A DNA stretch of 64,000 bases from the NCBI GenBank assembly GCA_048885525.1, contig JBHLLP010000001.1, positions 54,799 through 118,798 on the forward strand. The letters are read 5' to 3'. Shown piece after piece: positions 45,297 through 55,429 of the stretch. The stretch comes from Candidatus Hermodarchaeota archaeon (GTDB taxonomy: Archaea; Asgardarchaeota; Lokiarchaeia; Sigyniarchaeales; SOKP01). Each line of letters opens with the position of its first letter. Position 1 is the stretch's first letter. Under the pieces are notes generated by a model. The model had not been told where the DNA came from. It saw only the letters and a list, made by a program, of their open reading frames with translations, and searched no databases. The position numbers were made by a program, and so were the translations under genes.

Positions 45297-46715
45297 ATGA
45301 CCAAGGGGATAAGGACAAATTCAGAGAAATCATTCAATAGGATATTTTGGGATCTCTATTTGTTAAATGGATTTCAAAGCGTAGCATATGGAGCTATGAT
45401 TGTACTTGTAGTACCTCTTGCTTTAATCATTTGGCCAAATGATCCAGCTGATATTCATGCATTGGAAATGGGGCTTTTATATACGACTTTATCATGGAGT
45501 GGTTCTTTTGCCGGACTATTTTTTGGTAGATTGATTGATAAATACTCTCGAAAAAAAATCATCATATTTATTTCTTTATTCAGAGGATTTTCAATGCTAA
45601 TTTTAGGTTTTGCTCTTGAAGGCGGTGGATTTGAAACATGGCTTTATTTTTTTATATTAATATTTATTTTTGGCTTTTTTGCGGGAGGTTCATGGCCAGC
45701 TATAACCTCATTATCTAATGATGTAGTTCCACGAAATAATCGTTCTAGATTTTTTGGGGTTTATCAAATTGTACTTAATACTACAAATATAATAGGGTGG
45801 TTGATAGCAACGTTTTTAGTCCAAATTGGTCTTTGGAGGATCTTTTTTTGGGGTATTGGGTTACTCATTCTTCTTGGAGGTTTAATTTTTGCTCTTCATA
45901 ATGAAGAACCAAGAAGAGGTGCTCAACAAGAAGAACTATATGAAGTTCTTCAAGATGATTCCATAGAATATGATTTTCAAATAGATTTGAAAATGATGCG
46001 AAAGACAATGCTTAGTAAGACAAATGTTGTAGCTCTTATTGAAGGAATTTTTACTTGTATTCTTATGAGTAGTCTTAATTTTTTGATTTTAAATTATGTC
46101 CAGAATCCACCTTATAATTTAGCTCCATTTTCAATAGGCGTTTTTATGGTGTTATTTGGATTGACTGGGGGATTAGTAGGACAAATATTTTTAGCCAGAG
46201 TTAGTGACAAAATAGCCATTAAAAACCCGATAAGAAGATTGCCAATAATAGTTTTTGCTATAATAGGGGGGCTAATTACTTTTGCTCTTTTCTTTTTCTT
46301 TCCCTGGGTTCCGTTAAGCCCAGAACAAGGTAAGAACATTTTATATATCATGACTATACCCACAATGTGGTTGATGGGGGCATTATTTTTCACATCGAGA
46401 AGTATTTTTTCTCTTTATATTGTAAATCAAAGTCCAGTAATACAACAGATCAATTTACCCGAAGCACAGGGCCAAATAGTTTCTTGGAACCAATTTCTAG
46501 AACAGTTTGGAAGAGGAATCGGACCATTATTATGTGGTATTTTGTTAGCTTTTACAAGTACAAATTATCAAATAACGGTTTTGATTGTTTGTTTATGTAT
46601 ACTTCCTGGAGTAATTTTATGGATTTTAGCAATGAAATGGTTCCCAAGTGATAAGGAAAACATAAGAACTATTTTAGCTAATCGTGCTGAGATTTTAAAC
46701 TCTCAGAAGAAATAA
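45297..46715 (+). CDS. MFS-type transporter
   Basis: About 12 TM helices, with a GRLIDKYSRKK loop between TM2 and TM3 typical of the MFS motif A. Confidence 0.75.
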   Translation: MTKGIRTNSEKSFNRIFWDLYLLNGFQSVAYGAMIVLVVPLALIIWPNDPADIHALEMGLLYTTLSWSGSFAGLFFGRLIDKYSRKKIIIFISLFRGFSMLILGFALEGGGFETWLYFFILIFIFGFFAGGSWPAITSLSNDVVPRNNRSRFFGVYQIVLNTTNIIGWLIATFLVQIGLWRIFFWGIGLLILLGGLIFALHNEEPRRGAQQEELYEVLQDDSIEYDFQIDLKMMRKTMLSKTNVVALIEGIFTCILMSSLNFLILNYVQNPPYNLAPFSIGVFMVLFGLTGGLVGQIFLARVSDKIAIKNPIRRLPIIVFAIIGGLITFALFFFFPWVPLSPEQGKNILYIMTIPTMWLMGALFFTSRSIFSLYIVNQSPVIQQINLPEAQGQIVSWNQFLEQFGRGIGPLLCGILLAFTSTNYQITVLIVCLCILPGVILWILAMKWFPSDKENIRTILANRAEILNSQKK

Positions 46716-46917
46716 TATCCTAATTTGAGATATAAGAAGATATTTTTATCGCTAAATGATTATTCAAATTAAAAAATGTTAGGATCTATATATTTCTATA
46801 GAGATTTAATTCAATACTTACCAAAGGCTTAAAAATATTAAAATCAAATAAATTATAAAGTCATATTAAATCTATTCAAAATCTATTTGAATTGGAAAAT
46901 AAGGTGCGAAAAAATTT

Positions 46918-47700
46918 ATGATTTCTTTTATTTTACTTGGAATTTTTGGAACTTGGGTCTTAATTAACCGACTTAGTGAAGGAGGTAAAGTTGAAGGACA
47001 CCCACTTGGTATGCCACGAGGGACTATTAGAGGTCTTAGCACCATATTACTGGTAGCGTTTCCTTTTGGGTACATATTAAGTGGTAAAGATATCCCTAGT
47101 TTGATAGTAAATGTGATTTTTGTAGTAGTGGCTTTCTACTTTGAAGCAAGAAGAAGTGAGCATGAAAAAATAAAAAATATTGTTGATGAAATGAAAAGAC
47201 CCGATTATTATATCCAAGAGTCGACTAAGCAAAAAATGCCTTTATACTTACCTAAATATTCTGTTAGATTTCTTATAGTCTTGATGTTAATCATAACTTT
47301 AATTGCTAATTATCTTGGACCACGTGTTAATTTTGAAGTGACCAACACTATTTTTGACCTCTTAATAATAATAATATTATTTATCATTGGTGCTTCTTTT
47401 AGATCTATTTTAAATTCTCGAGAAAAGAAAAAAATGAAAAATCGAATTGCTAATATGGATGCTTCTCTTTCAGATGTCGAAATCATTGAAAAACTTATGG
47501 TAGAAGAAATTAGTTGGTGGAAACGAAAAGGAAGAAATATCCTCTCGGTTGTAATGTTTATAATAGTAGTAATTTCATTAATTTGTTTTTCTTTTGAATG
47601 GGATCTAACAATATTTAATATAACTGATCCTGATTATTCATTGACTCTCATAGGATTTTTATTATTGTTTATTAACGCATATTATGGTTTCAGAGATTAA
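46918..47700 (+). CDS. Integral membrane protein, unknown function
   Basis: 260 aa with six or so hydrophobic helices and a charged central loop. Confidence 0.5.
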   Translation: MISFILLGIFGTWVLINRLSEGGKVEGHPLGMPRGTIRGLSTILLVAFPFGYILSGKDIPSLIVNVIFVVVAFYFEARRSEHEKIKNIVDEMKRPDYYIQESTKQKMPLYLPKYSVRFLIVLMLIITLIANYLGPRVNFEVTNTIFDLLIIIILFIIGASFRSILNSREKKKMKNRIANMDASLSDVEIIEKLMVEEISWWKRKGRNILSVVMFIIVVISLICFSFEWDLTIFNITDPDYSLTLIGFLLLFINAYYGFRD

Positions 47701-47820
47701 AAATTATTCAAAAAATAATATGTAATTCTTTTTTATTTTTTTAATTCGTTATTCTACTAACTTAAAATTTAAGTAGAAAAGATATAATTTTTATTAATAT
47801 CAAGAACTTAAATAATTCAA

Positions 47821-48288
47821 ATGATAACGTTTGAAAAAGATGACAAAATTTTTAGTTATAGGGTAGTTGGAGTAGTTATTCATAATAATAAAGTACTTGT
47901 GCATAGAAATATTGTTGATGATTTCTGGTCCTTACCCGGAGGACGGTGTGAATTTTTAGAAGTTTCTATAGATACTCTGATAAGAGAGATGAAAGAAGAA
48001 ATCGGTGTTGAGATAAATATTATTAGACCTCTATATTTTGTAGAAAACTTCTTTAATTTTGAAGCAAAAGAATATCATGAAATATCTATTTTCTATCTTA
48101 TAGATTTTCTTCCAAATTCACGATTAGTTTTTGAGAATGATACATTTTATGGAAAAGAACTTAGATTAATTTTTAAATGGGTTAATATAAATCAATTAGA
48201 GGAATTGAGGTTATATCCTTTATTTCTACGTAAATCTCTAAAATCTATAAAAGAATATCCAGAACATATAATTAATCGAGATGATTAA
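47821..48288 (+). CDS. NUDIX hydrolase
   Basis: NUDIX box GGRCEFLEVSIDTLIREMKEEIGVE. Confidence 0.8.
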   Translation: MITFEKDDKIFSYRVVGVVIHNNKVLVHRNIVDDFWSLPGGRCEFLEVSIDTLIREMKEEIGVEINIIRPLYFVENFFNFEAKEYHEISIFYLIDFLPNSRLVFENDTFYGKELRLIFKWVNINQLEELRLYPLFLRKSLKSIKEYPEHIINRDD

Positions 48289-48361
48289 AAAAGATATAAT
48301 TAAAAGCAAATATATATGTAATAAGCTAATATCAAATTATTTTATAATTAGGAAATTAAAA

Positions 48362-49492
48362 ATGACTGATGTAAGTATAATAGAAGAATCTGACATATAT
48401 AGAAAATTACAACAACATTTAGATAAAATGCCTGTAGGATTCCCCTCTGTGAAATCAGGCGCAGATATACGTGTGTTAAAACATCTTTTTACTCCTGAAG
48501 AGGTAAAAGTTGCTATGTTTTTAAAATTTGGCTGGGATAGGGATTTAGAACCATTAGAAATTATTTACGAACGAGCAAAAGGCACGGGAATTTCCCTTGA
48601 CGAGTTTGAAAAGATTTTAGATAGAATGGCATCAAAAGGTTCAATTATGATCAAAAAAGAGGGAGGAAAAAAATATTATGGAAATGCTCTATTAGTAATA
48701 GGTATGTATGAGTTTCAAGTAAACAGGCTAACAAAAGAATTTATTAAAGATTTTGAAGATTACTACGTTCAGGGATGGTTACCAGAAGCATTTCGGGTAA
48801 AAGCTGCTCAAGTACGTACAATTCCCGTCGAAAAAAGTATAGAACTCGAACATAATGTAAGTAATTATGATAATATTACCAAGGTTCTTAATTCTTCAGA
48901 AGGACCATTCGCAATAATGAATTGTGTATGTAGGCAAGTAAAAGATATTTTAGAAGAACCATGTAAAGTTACTGATAGAAGAGAAGTTTGTATGGCATCG
49001 GGTATGATGGCTCAAGCAACTATTGATCTAGGGCGGGGACGGGAGATCACTAAGCAAGAAGCTTTCGAAATTTTGCAAAAGAACCAAGAGGAGGGACTTG
49101 TACTGCAACCAGATAATTCACAAATTTTCTCGTTCGTTTGTAGTTGTTGTAGTTGTTGTTGTGAAAACTTATCTAAATATGTCTTATTACCTAATCCCGC
49201 TGATGTGGTAATAGCAAATTATTATGCTGAAGCAGATCCAGATTTATGTACTGGCTGCGGTACATGTATAGAAATATGTCCAATGAAAGCGATAAAACTA
49301 AAAGATGAGATTTCCTCAATAAAGAGAAAAAGGTGTATAGGATGTGGTAATTGTGTAGCAAAATGTCCATCAGAAGCTATTCAAATGAAAAAAAGAGAGA
49401 GACAATTCACACCGTTTCCATCAATGGATGAACTATTTGATAAAATTATGCAAAGAAAAATCAGATTAAAAGAACAGAGTATTAAAAAGTGA
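48362..49492 (+). CDS. 4Fe-4S dicluster-domain protein with additional Cys-run
   Basis: CTGCGTCIEICP and CIGCGNCVAKCP ferredoxin motifs, with upstream CVCRQV and FVCSCCSCCCENL. The ATG at 48362 is preferred over the track start at 48281, which overlaps the NUDIX gene. Confidence 0.7.
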   Translation: MTDVSIIEESDIYRKLQQHLDKMPVGFPSVKSGADIRVLKHLFTPEEVKVAMFLKFGWDRDLEPLEIIYERAKGTGISLDEFEKILDRMASKGSIMIKKEGGKKYYGNALLVIGMYEFQVNRLTKEFIKDFEDYYVQGWLPEAFRVKAAQVRTIPVEKSIELEHNVSNYDNITKVLNSSEGPFAIMNCVCRQVKDILEEPCKVTDRREVCMASGMMAQATIDLGRGREITKQEAFEILQKNQEEGLVLQPDNSQIFSFVCSCCSCCCENLSKYVLLPNPADVVIANYYAEADPDLCTGCGTCIEICPMKAIKLKDEISSIKRKRCIGCGNCVAKCPSEAIQMKKRERQFTPFPSMDELFDKIMQRKIRLKEQSIKK

Positions 49493-49539
49493 ATTATAAA
49501 AATTGGCTTAAGAGGATATATAAATAATTATAAATTTAA

Positions 49540-50346
49540 TTATTGATTTCCTCGCATTTCTTTTCTAATAAATGGTTTTAAATTTTTACCCCTTATCCAG
49601 TACCATTCAAATAACTCTTTGATCCAATTTATAAAATCTTCATGATTATCTATTAAACATTGATTATAATCTATTTCACCATCTTTACTTAAGAAGAGTA
49701 TCGCACCTTTATCAGAAACTATCATTGAGATCTTGATTTCATCCAGAATTCTAATATTTTCCAACATTTCTCTAAAAAATATTTTTGGGTCTTCAAATAA
49801 TTTTGACCATCCATCAGGAATGTTATAGGATTTTAAAAGGTTTCTATTCACTATTGCTCTAATATTAAGTGATTGCTTTCTCATTTTATTCTCAGCTTCC
49901 TTTAATAATGATTTTTGATATTGATCTGTTATTGCGAAAAGAAACTCTTCAGAATCTTTCACTAGGTTTTCAAAAATTTCCATATTTTCCATAGTTTTAT
50001 TTCCAAATTCAACGGTTTTCAATTTTCCTAATTGAAATATAAGATGTACAGGAATGGAAGTTATATCGTGGCTATTTAGGAAATCTCTATGGTTTAAAGA
50101 TACTTCAAAAATATCCATCATTCGGAGAAAAATTTTTCCTATATTAGTTATCCTATATTCATTATTTATATCCTTAAGAATGAGATTTTTTTCTTCTAAT
50201 CTTTTTATATGACGAGAAACTTCAGATCCAGGAATATTTAAATCTTGTTGGAGCTGAAAGTGTCTTTTGCTATCAATATATAGACTTTTAAGCACATTAT
50301 ATCTATGCTTATTAGAAAATTCAAACAATAATTTGTTTACGTCCAA
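49540..50346 (-). CDS. wHTH transcriptional regulator with DUF1724-like C-terminal domain
   Basis: N-terminal ArsR-like HTH (HRYNVLKSLYIDSKRHFQLQQDLNIPGSEVSRHIKRLEEKNLI) and a roughly 180-aa C-terminal domain, as in archaeal DUF1724/FilR1-type regulators. Divergent from the acyl-CoA operon. Confidence 0.65.
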   Translation of the reverse strand: MDVNKLLFEFSNKHRYNVLKSLYIDSKRHFQLQQDLNIPGSEVSRHIKRLEEKNLILKDINNEYRITNIGKIFLRMMDIFEVSLNHRDFLNSHDITSIPVHLIFQLGKLKTVEFGNKTMENMEIFENLVKDSEEFLFAITDQYQKSLLKEAENKMRKQSLNIRAIVNRNLLKSYNIPDGWSKLFEDPKIFFREMLENIRILDEIKISMIVSDKGAILFLSKDGEIDYNQCLIDNHEDFINWIKELFEWYWIRGKNLKPFIRKEMRGNQ

Positions 50347-50628
50347 ATATAATCAACTTACAATCTTATTAATTATCCTTATAATAAAATCGCCTTGAGC
50401 TAAGATAATTTCAAATAATTTAAAATTATTCGTATCAATTTAATTAATTCATAAAAAATTAAATTAACTTTAATGTAGTTCTAATTTGTTATAAGGTTTA
50501 TTTTTAACTATTTTATGATAATTGTGCAAATTAATATTTCATAAAAATATAAAAAAGTAATTTTTTAATTGCAATCTAATTTAAATGAAAAATTGAGATT
50601 TAAAAATAAATAAAATTGGCGAACAAAT

Positions 50629-50928
50629 ATGTATGAAGAATTAGAATTACGAGCTTTAAAATTATTGGCGAAAAATTTTGAATATAATCAAGCTCTCCAT
50701 ATGGAAGCCCCTTTAATGGCTAAATTACTTGGAGTGAAAAATAAAGATATTCAACCAGTGTTAAGAGCTTTGGGAGATGCGAAACTAGCAAACCTTTATG
50801 AAGAAGGTGATAACATTAAATTAGCTAAAATTTCGTGGCAAGGATTAAATGAAATTGGTGAAGTTAAATTGAAATATGGAATGGGTAAGGATGCATATAA
50901 AAATTACAATGTGGAGGGGTATCGATAA
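50629..50928 (+). CDS. Hypothetical small protein (possibly wHTH), first gene of acyl-CoA operon
   Basis: 99-aa ATG ORF whose stop abuts the TTG start of the acyl-CoA dehydrogenase. Confidence 0.5.
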   Translation: MYEELELRALKLLAKNFEYNQALHMEAPLMAKLLGVKNKDIQPVLRALGDAKLANLYEEGDNIKLAKISWQGLNEIGEVKLKYGMGKDAYKNYNVEGYR

Positions 50929-52176
50929 TTGCCTTTTGATTACATGCCTTGGTGGGATAAAGAAACTAAAGAATTTGCTGACGAGGTCGAGAACTTCTGT
51001 GATACAGAATTGGTTCCTCGAACAACAAAGTTGTTAGAGCAAAATAAAGATCCTATGGATATACAATGGACTGCTTCAAAACTCTGTGTAGAAAAGGGTT
51101 TTCATCCTTTAATGGTTTTAGCAGAGGAAGAATATGGAGGACGCGATAAAGGATATTCTGGATATACAATCTTGAATGAAGAAATTGGGCGTTCAAATCT
51201 AAATGTTAATCCTTTATTAACTAGTGTTTTTGGAGCAGGTCCAGTGCATCTATTTGGAACTAACGCTCAAAAAAAGAAATTTTTAGAACCTATTGTAAAA
51301 GGAGAGAAATGGGCCTCCATCACAGTGACAGAACCCGATGTTGGTAATGATGCTGCTGGAATTCAACTTCATGCTGAAGAAGATAGTGATGAATGGGTTC
51401 TAAATGGCTGGAAGCGTTTTATAACTTTAGGTGCTCTTTCAGATTACCATATGCTTTATGCGAATACCGATCCTGAATTAAAACGTATTCACAGGCATCT
51501 TACAGCATTTCTTGTACCAACTAATACTCAAGGGATCACTATAGAAAAAATAAATCAACTTATTGGAGACGTTGAAATGGCAAATTCTGTGATAAGATAT
51601 CATGATGTGAGAGTACCAAAAGAAAACATGATATTAGATCCTGGAGATGGATGGACAGTCATGACAAGCGCATTAAATATTGAAAGATTAGGGATTGCAA
51701 GTGTAGTGGGTTCATCAAAAAATCTAATAGAAACAGCACGGGCTTATGGTCGTAGGAGAGTACAATTTGGATTACCTATTTCTCGTTATAACGGAGTTCA
51801 ATTAAGAATGGCAAACATCTCAATGAAAATGCATCTTATTAGAGTGTATATATATTATTTAGCGCATTTACTTGATACAGGGGAAGCGGATATGTTTACT
51901 TTTGCTCTTAAATCTTCAACAGCAAAGATATTTGGGACTCAATCCTTAACAGAAATGGCTTTAGATGCTCTTTTTATAGTCGGTGGAGATGGTTATCTTC
52001 AAGAAACTGGGATTGGGGGTATATTAAAAAATGGAGCATTAATGCAAATTGCAGGAGGATCAAATGATATATTGAAATTATTTATCGGTAGACAAGAATT
52101 CAAGCAAGATGTTGACGAACGTATGTTAACTCCATCTGTTAGAGGTCCAACAAAAGAGGAAGCAGACAAATTATAA
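50929..52176 (+). CDS. Acyl-CoA dehydrogenase (catalytic base at the IVD/LCAD-type position)
   Basis: ACAD blocks WASITVTEPDVGNDAAG, GDGW..M..ALNIERLGIAS and GGDGYLQE. The C-terminal MQIAGGSNDI has Gly where MCAD has the YEGT Glu. Confidence 0.85.
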   Translation: MPFDYMPWWDKETKEFADEVENFCDTELVPRTTKLLEQNKDPMDIQWTASKLCVEKGFHPLMVLAEEEYGGRDKGYSGYTILNEEIGRSNLNVNPLLTSVFGAGPVHLFGTNAQKKKFLEPIVKGEKWASITVTEPDVGNDAAGIQLHAEEDSDEWVLNGWKRFITLGALSDYHMLYANTDPELKRIHRHLTAFLVPTNTQGITIEKINQLIGDVEMANSVIRYHDVRVPKENMILDPGDGWTVMTSALNIERLGIASVVGSSKNLIETARAYGRRRVQFGLPISRYNGVQLRMANISMKMHLIRVYIYYLAHLLDTGEADMFTFALKSSTAKIFGTQSLTEMALDALFIVGGDGYLQETGIGGILKNGALMQIAGGSNDILKLFIGRQEFKQDVDERMLTPSVRGPTKEEADKL

Positions 52177-52199
52177 ATAATCATTGGAGGTAAATTTTA

Positions 52200-53000
52200 A
52201 TGTCAAAATATAAGGAAGTTAAGTTTGAAGTGAAAGAAGAGGTGGGGATAATAACTATAGACCGACCAGAACGAAGAAATGCACTATGTAGAGATGTTTG
52301 GGCTAGTATTGGTCAAATCTTATCAGACACTTGGGATGATATAAACGTAAGAGTTATAATTCTAACAGGAAATGACGATGAATATAAGGGTGGTCGTGCC
52401 TTTTCAGCAGGACTAGATATAAAAGAAATGTCCTCTACGGGTTTTAAGAATTTAGGAGATTTTTTAGGGATCTTACTCGATCCTTGTGAATTAATGGCAA
52501 GGTATCCGAAACCGATAATAGCAGCGATAAATGGTTATGCTTATGCTGGAGGTCTTGAACTAACATTATGGTGTGATTGTACTATTGCAGCTGATGATGC
52601 CGTAATGGGATTCTGGGAAAATCGGAGAGGTTTAGCAAGTGGTGTTGCATTCCTATTACTTCCTGAATTGATTGGAATGCGTTATACTAAAGAATTGCTA
52701 TTAACGGGAAAAATTATTTCTGCTGATGAAGCCTTTAGGATGGGTTTAGTTAATAAAGTAGTTCCTCACAACAACTTAATGAAAGCTGCGAGGGATATGG
52801 CAGACGAAATGAAAAAGGTTGCCCCCTTAAGCCATAAATGGACTAAAAAATGGTTTCAACAAGGATACCATTATACCAGAACTAGAGCAATAGGTAGTTT
52901 ATGGGAACCATTCCAAGAATTATTCCATAGCGAAGATGTTATAGAAGGTTTTACCTCTTTCATGGAGGAAAATAGAGAGCCTAAATGGAAGGGAAAATGA
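52200..53000 (+). CDS. Enoyl-CoA hydratase/isomerase (crotonase) family
   Basis: ITIDRPERRNAL, FSAGLDIKE and KPIIAAINGYAYAGGLEL motifs. Confidence 0.85.
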   Translation: MSKYKEVKFEVKEEVGIITIDRPERRNALCRDVWASIGQILSDTWDDINVRVIILTGNDDEYKGGRAFSAGLDIKEMSSTGFKNLGDFLGILLDPCELMARYPKPIIAAINGYAYAGGLELTLWCDCTIAADDAVMGFWENRRGLASGVAFLLLPELIGMRYTKELLLTGKIISADEAFRMGLVNKVVPHNNLMKAARDMADEMKKVAPLSHKWTKKWFQQGYHYTRTRAIGSLWEPFQELFHSEDVIEGFTSFMEENREPKWKGK

Positions 53001-53042
53001 AATCTTTTTTTATTTAAAATTAAAAGTTAAGAGGTATAAAAA

Positions 53043-53372
53043 ATGGCAGATGAAGAATTAGTAGAAGGTATTAAAAAAATGGTTAGTAAATTAGAGGACC
53101 CTGCGTATCAAGAAAGATTCGCAGATTTTAACAAAATATTACAATTCAATTTTACTGACACTAACAATTACTATCTTGTATTTAAGGATGCAAAATGTGA
53201 AATTAAAGAAGGTGAAATTGAAGACCCAGATATAACAATAACAACTCAAAGTGAAGTTATTATTGATATCATGGACGGCGAATTAAGTCCAACAAAAGCG
53301 TTTATGGGTGGCAAACTTAAAGCAAAGGGTCCTATGAAAGATATGCTTAAAATGCAAATGTTAATGAAGTAG
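53043..53372 (+). CDS. SCP2 sterol/lipid-carrier domain protein
   Basis: 109 aa ending in the typical SCP2 tail AFMGGKLKAKGPMKDMLKMQMLM. Confidence 0.8.
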   Translation: MADEELVEGIKKMVSKLEDPAYQERFADFNKILQFNFTDTNNYYLVFKDAKCEIKEGEIEDPDITITTQSEVIIDIMDGELSPTKAFMGGKLKAKGPMKDMLKMQMLMK

Positions 53373-53389
53373 AGGAGTAAACTTATTAA

Positions 53390-53400
53390 TTTTTTTTTTT
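53390..53400 (+). terminator. Oligo-T tract (11 T) between the SCP2 and second crotonase genes, a possible internal archaeal terminator/attenuator
   Basis: Uninterrupted T run read directly, 18 nt after the SCP2 stop. Archaeal termination commonly uses oligo-T. Confidence 0.25.
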
Positions 53401-53438
53401 CATTTAATATTAAGATAAGAATAAATTAGGTTTTTAAA

Positions 53439-54257
53439 ATGGAATTCAAATATCTTTTATTTGAAGTTAAAAACAATGTTGGTATTATTACTTTCAATAG
53501 AGAATATAAATTAAATGCTATAAATGGCAAAATGTTTGATGAAATCGGTGAAGCTTTAGACGAAATCACTACTAATAAAGATATTCGAGCAGCGATTATT
53601 ACTGGAAAAGGTCGCGCTTTTTCAACTGGAGGAGATTTTGATCAAGCAAGCCAGGGAATGGCAGGAGATGTAGATAGTGTGGAAGATGGAGGAAAAATGC
53701 AATCAGGAGAACTTGAAGTTGATGTTTCTCAAAAAAGAACAGTTTTAAAATTACAGAAAACACCTAAACCAATTATAGCTGCAATAAATGGGCTGGCATT
53801 AGGAGGAGGGTTAAATATCGCGATAAACTGTGATTTAATTTATGCTGCAGAAAATGCAGAACTTGGCACTTTTTTTATGAAAAGAGCGATTATTCCGGAA
53901 ATGTCTTCCACCTATATTCTCCCCAGATTAGTGGGAATACATAAGGCGAAGGAGTTGATCTTTTTCGGTGATAGATTTAGCGCTCAAGAAGCCTTAAAAA
54001 TAGGTTTAATCAATGGAGTATTTCCCGCTCAAAATTTCATGGATAAAGTTATGGAAGTAGCTGAGCGCTTAGCAAAAGGCCCTACTTATTCGATTGGATT
54101 AGCAAAATTAGCAATCAATAAACTTCTTGAAGATAAAACAATACAGGCTCTAGATAATGAAGCTGATGCATTATTCAAAGCATTTGATTCTGAAGATTTT
54201 ACTGAAGGATTATTAGCATTTTTTGAAAAAAGGGATCCTAACTTTTTAGGGCGTTAA
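53439..54257 (+). CDS. Enoyl-CoA hydratase/isomerase (crotonase) family, second copy
   Basis: ITFNREYKLNAI, FSTGGDF and KPIIAAINGLALGGGLNI, with C-terminal EGLLAFFEKRDPNF. Confidence 0.85.
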   Translation: MEFKYLLFEVKNNVGIITFNREYKLNAINGKMFDEIGEALDEITTNKDIRAAIITGKGRAFSTGGDFDQASQGMAGDVDSVEDGGKMQSGELEVDVSQKRTVLKLQKTPKPIIAAINGLALGGGLNIAINCDLIYAAENAELGTFFMKRAIIPEMSSTYILPRLVGIHKAKELIFFGDRFSAQEALKIGLINGVFPAQNFMDKVMEVAERLAKGPTYSIGLAKLAINKLLEDKTIQALDNEADALFKAFDSEDFTEGLLAFFEKRDPNFLGR

Positions 54258-54279
54258 TTAAATTTTTAATGATTAAAAA

Positions 54280-54702
54280 ATGAATGAGGAAAAAGCTAAA
54301 AGATTATTGATGATTTTCTCCTTGATTGGAGGAATTTATGAAATATTATTTGGGGTATTAATGATCTTTTTTATTATCCCGTTGTTGAATTTATTAGGAG
54401 CAAGTATTACACAATTAGAATTTCCAATTTTTTCTCAAACTGGAGGATTATTAGCTATAATTTTAGGTTTGATCTTGTCGTTCTCATCTCAAAATATCGA
54501 GAAATATTTGTTAAACATTATTTTAATAACGATCCTACGTTTTTTAATTCAAATAATAATTATTATTAATATAGTAATTATTCCTGAGATAGCAATAGGC
54601 TTGCTGTTATTTGGTTTAATGGATATTATATTTGCCTTAATTACAATTTACTTAATAAGAATTGCAAAATTATCCTTTAACATTTTTAAAGTTATAAAAT
54701 AA
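54280..54702 (+). CDS. Small integral membrane protein
   Basis: 140 aa with four hydrophobic helices. Its stop abuts the next gene's start. Confidence 0.5.
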   Translation: MNEEKAKRLLMIFSLIGGIYEILFGVLMIFFIIPLLNLLGASITQLEFPIFSQTGGLLAIILGLILSFSSQNIEKYLLNIILITILRFLIQIIIIINIVIIPEIAIGLLLFGLMDIIFALITIYLIRIAKLSFNIFKVIK

Positions 54703-55428
54703 TTGAGTCATCAAATTATGCAACCATATAAAATAATAAACGAAGTTTTAGCAGAAAATAGATCCTTTTTAATGGAACATGAAAGTAAGGATTTTCTTTC
54801 TTTATATGATATTCCTGTAGGAGAGTATAAGAATACAAAAACACAAAGTGAAGCTATAGAATTTGCAAACGAAATTGGTTATCCTGTGGTAGCCAAATTA
54901 ATGAGTCCTGATATAATACACAAAACAGATGCCAAAGTTATCAGGTTAAATATTAAATCGGAAGAGGAGTTGATTCAAGCTTATGAGGAAGTAATTGAAA
55001 ATGGTAAAAATTACAAATCAGATGCAAAAATTATTGGAGTTAATATCCAAAAAATGGTTAAAAATGGTATTGCTGAGATTATTATAGGCGGTATACGAGA
55101 TAAAAATTTCGGACCTGTTCTTATGTTTGGATTTGGAGGTATTTTTGTTGAAATCTTTAAAGATGTATCATATAGAGTTTGTCCAATCACAATGGAAAAT
55201 GCAAACAAGATGATCAGAAGTATTAAAGCTTTTCCCTTATTGAATGGATATCGTGGACACCCTAAGGGAGATATTGATCAAATTATTGATATCCTCTTAA
55301 AATGCTGCCATCTTTTATTAAAAAATCCTGAAATAGCCGAAATCGATTTAAATCCTGTTATTGTATTTGAGGTTGGCAAGGGAATAACGGTGGTAGATGC
55401 TCGAATTATTTTGAAGGAGGTCAATTAA
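54703..55428 (+). CDS. ADP-forming acetyl/acyl-CoA synthetase, beta (ATP-grasp) subunit
   Basis: LMEHESKDFLSLYDIPV...GYPVVAKLMSPDIIHKTD...EIDLNPV matches the pattern of the ACD beta / ATP-grasp_5 domain. TTG start at 54703 or ATG at 54718. Confidence 0.8.
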   Translation: MSHQIMQPYKIINEVLAENRSFLMEHESKDFLSLYDIPVGEYKNTKTQSEAIEFANEIGYPVVAKLMSPDIIHKTDAKVIRLNIKSEEELIQAYEEVIENGKNYKSDAKIIGVNIQKMVKNGIAEIIIGGIRDKNFGPVLMFGFGGIFVEIFKDVSYRVCPITMENANKMIRSIKAFPLLNGYRGHPKGDIDQIIDILLKCCHLLLKNPEIAEIDLNPVIVFEVGKGITVVDARIILKEVN

Positions 55429-55429
55429 G

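Noticed and set aside
48281-48361. Upstream extension of the Fe-S protein ORF, overlapping the NUDIX gene by 8 nt
   Set aside because: The 27 extra residues (MIKKDIIKSKYICNKLISNYFIIRKLK) look like translated AT-rich spacer. The ATG at 48362 (MTDVSIIEE...) is the more plausible start, though the overlap start cannot be excluded.
50347-50628. Short AT-only inverted repeats (for example AATTTAATT / AATTAAATT) in the regulator / acyl-CoA operon intergenic region, considered as operators
   Set aside because: The arms are 9 bp of pure A/T in a nearly pure A/T spacer, so chance occurrence is high. Not reported as a feature.
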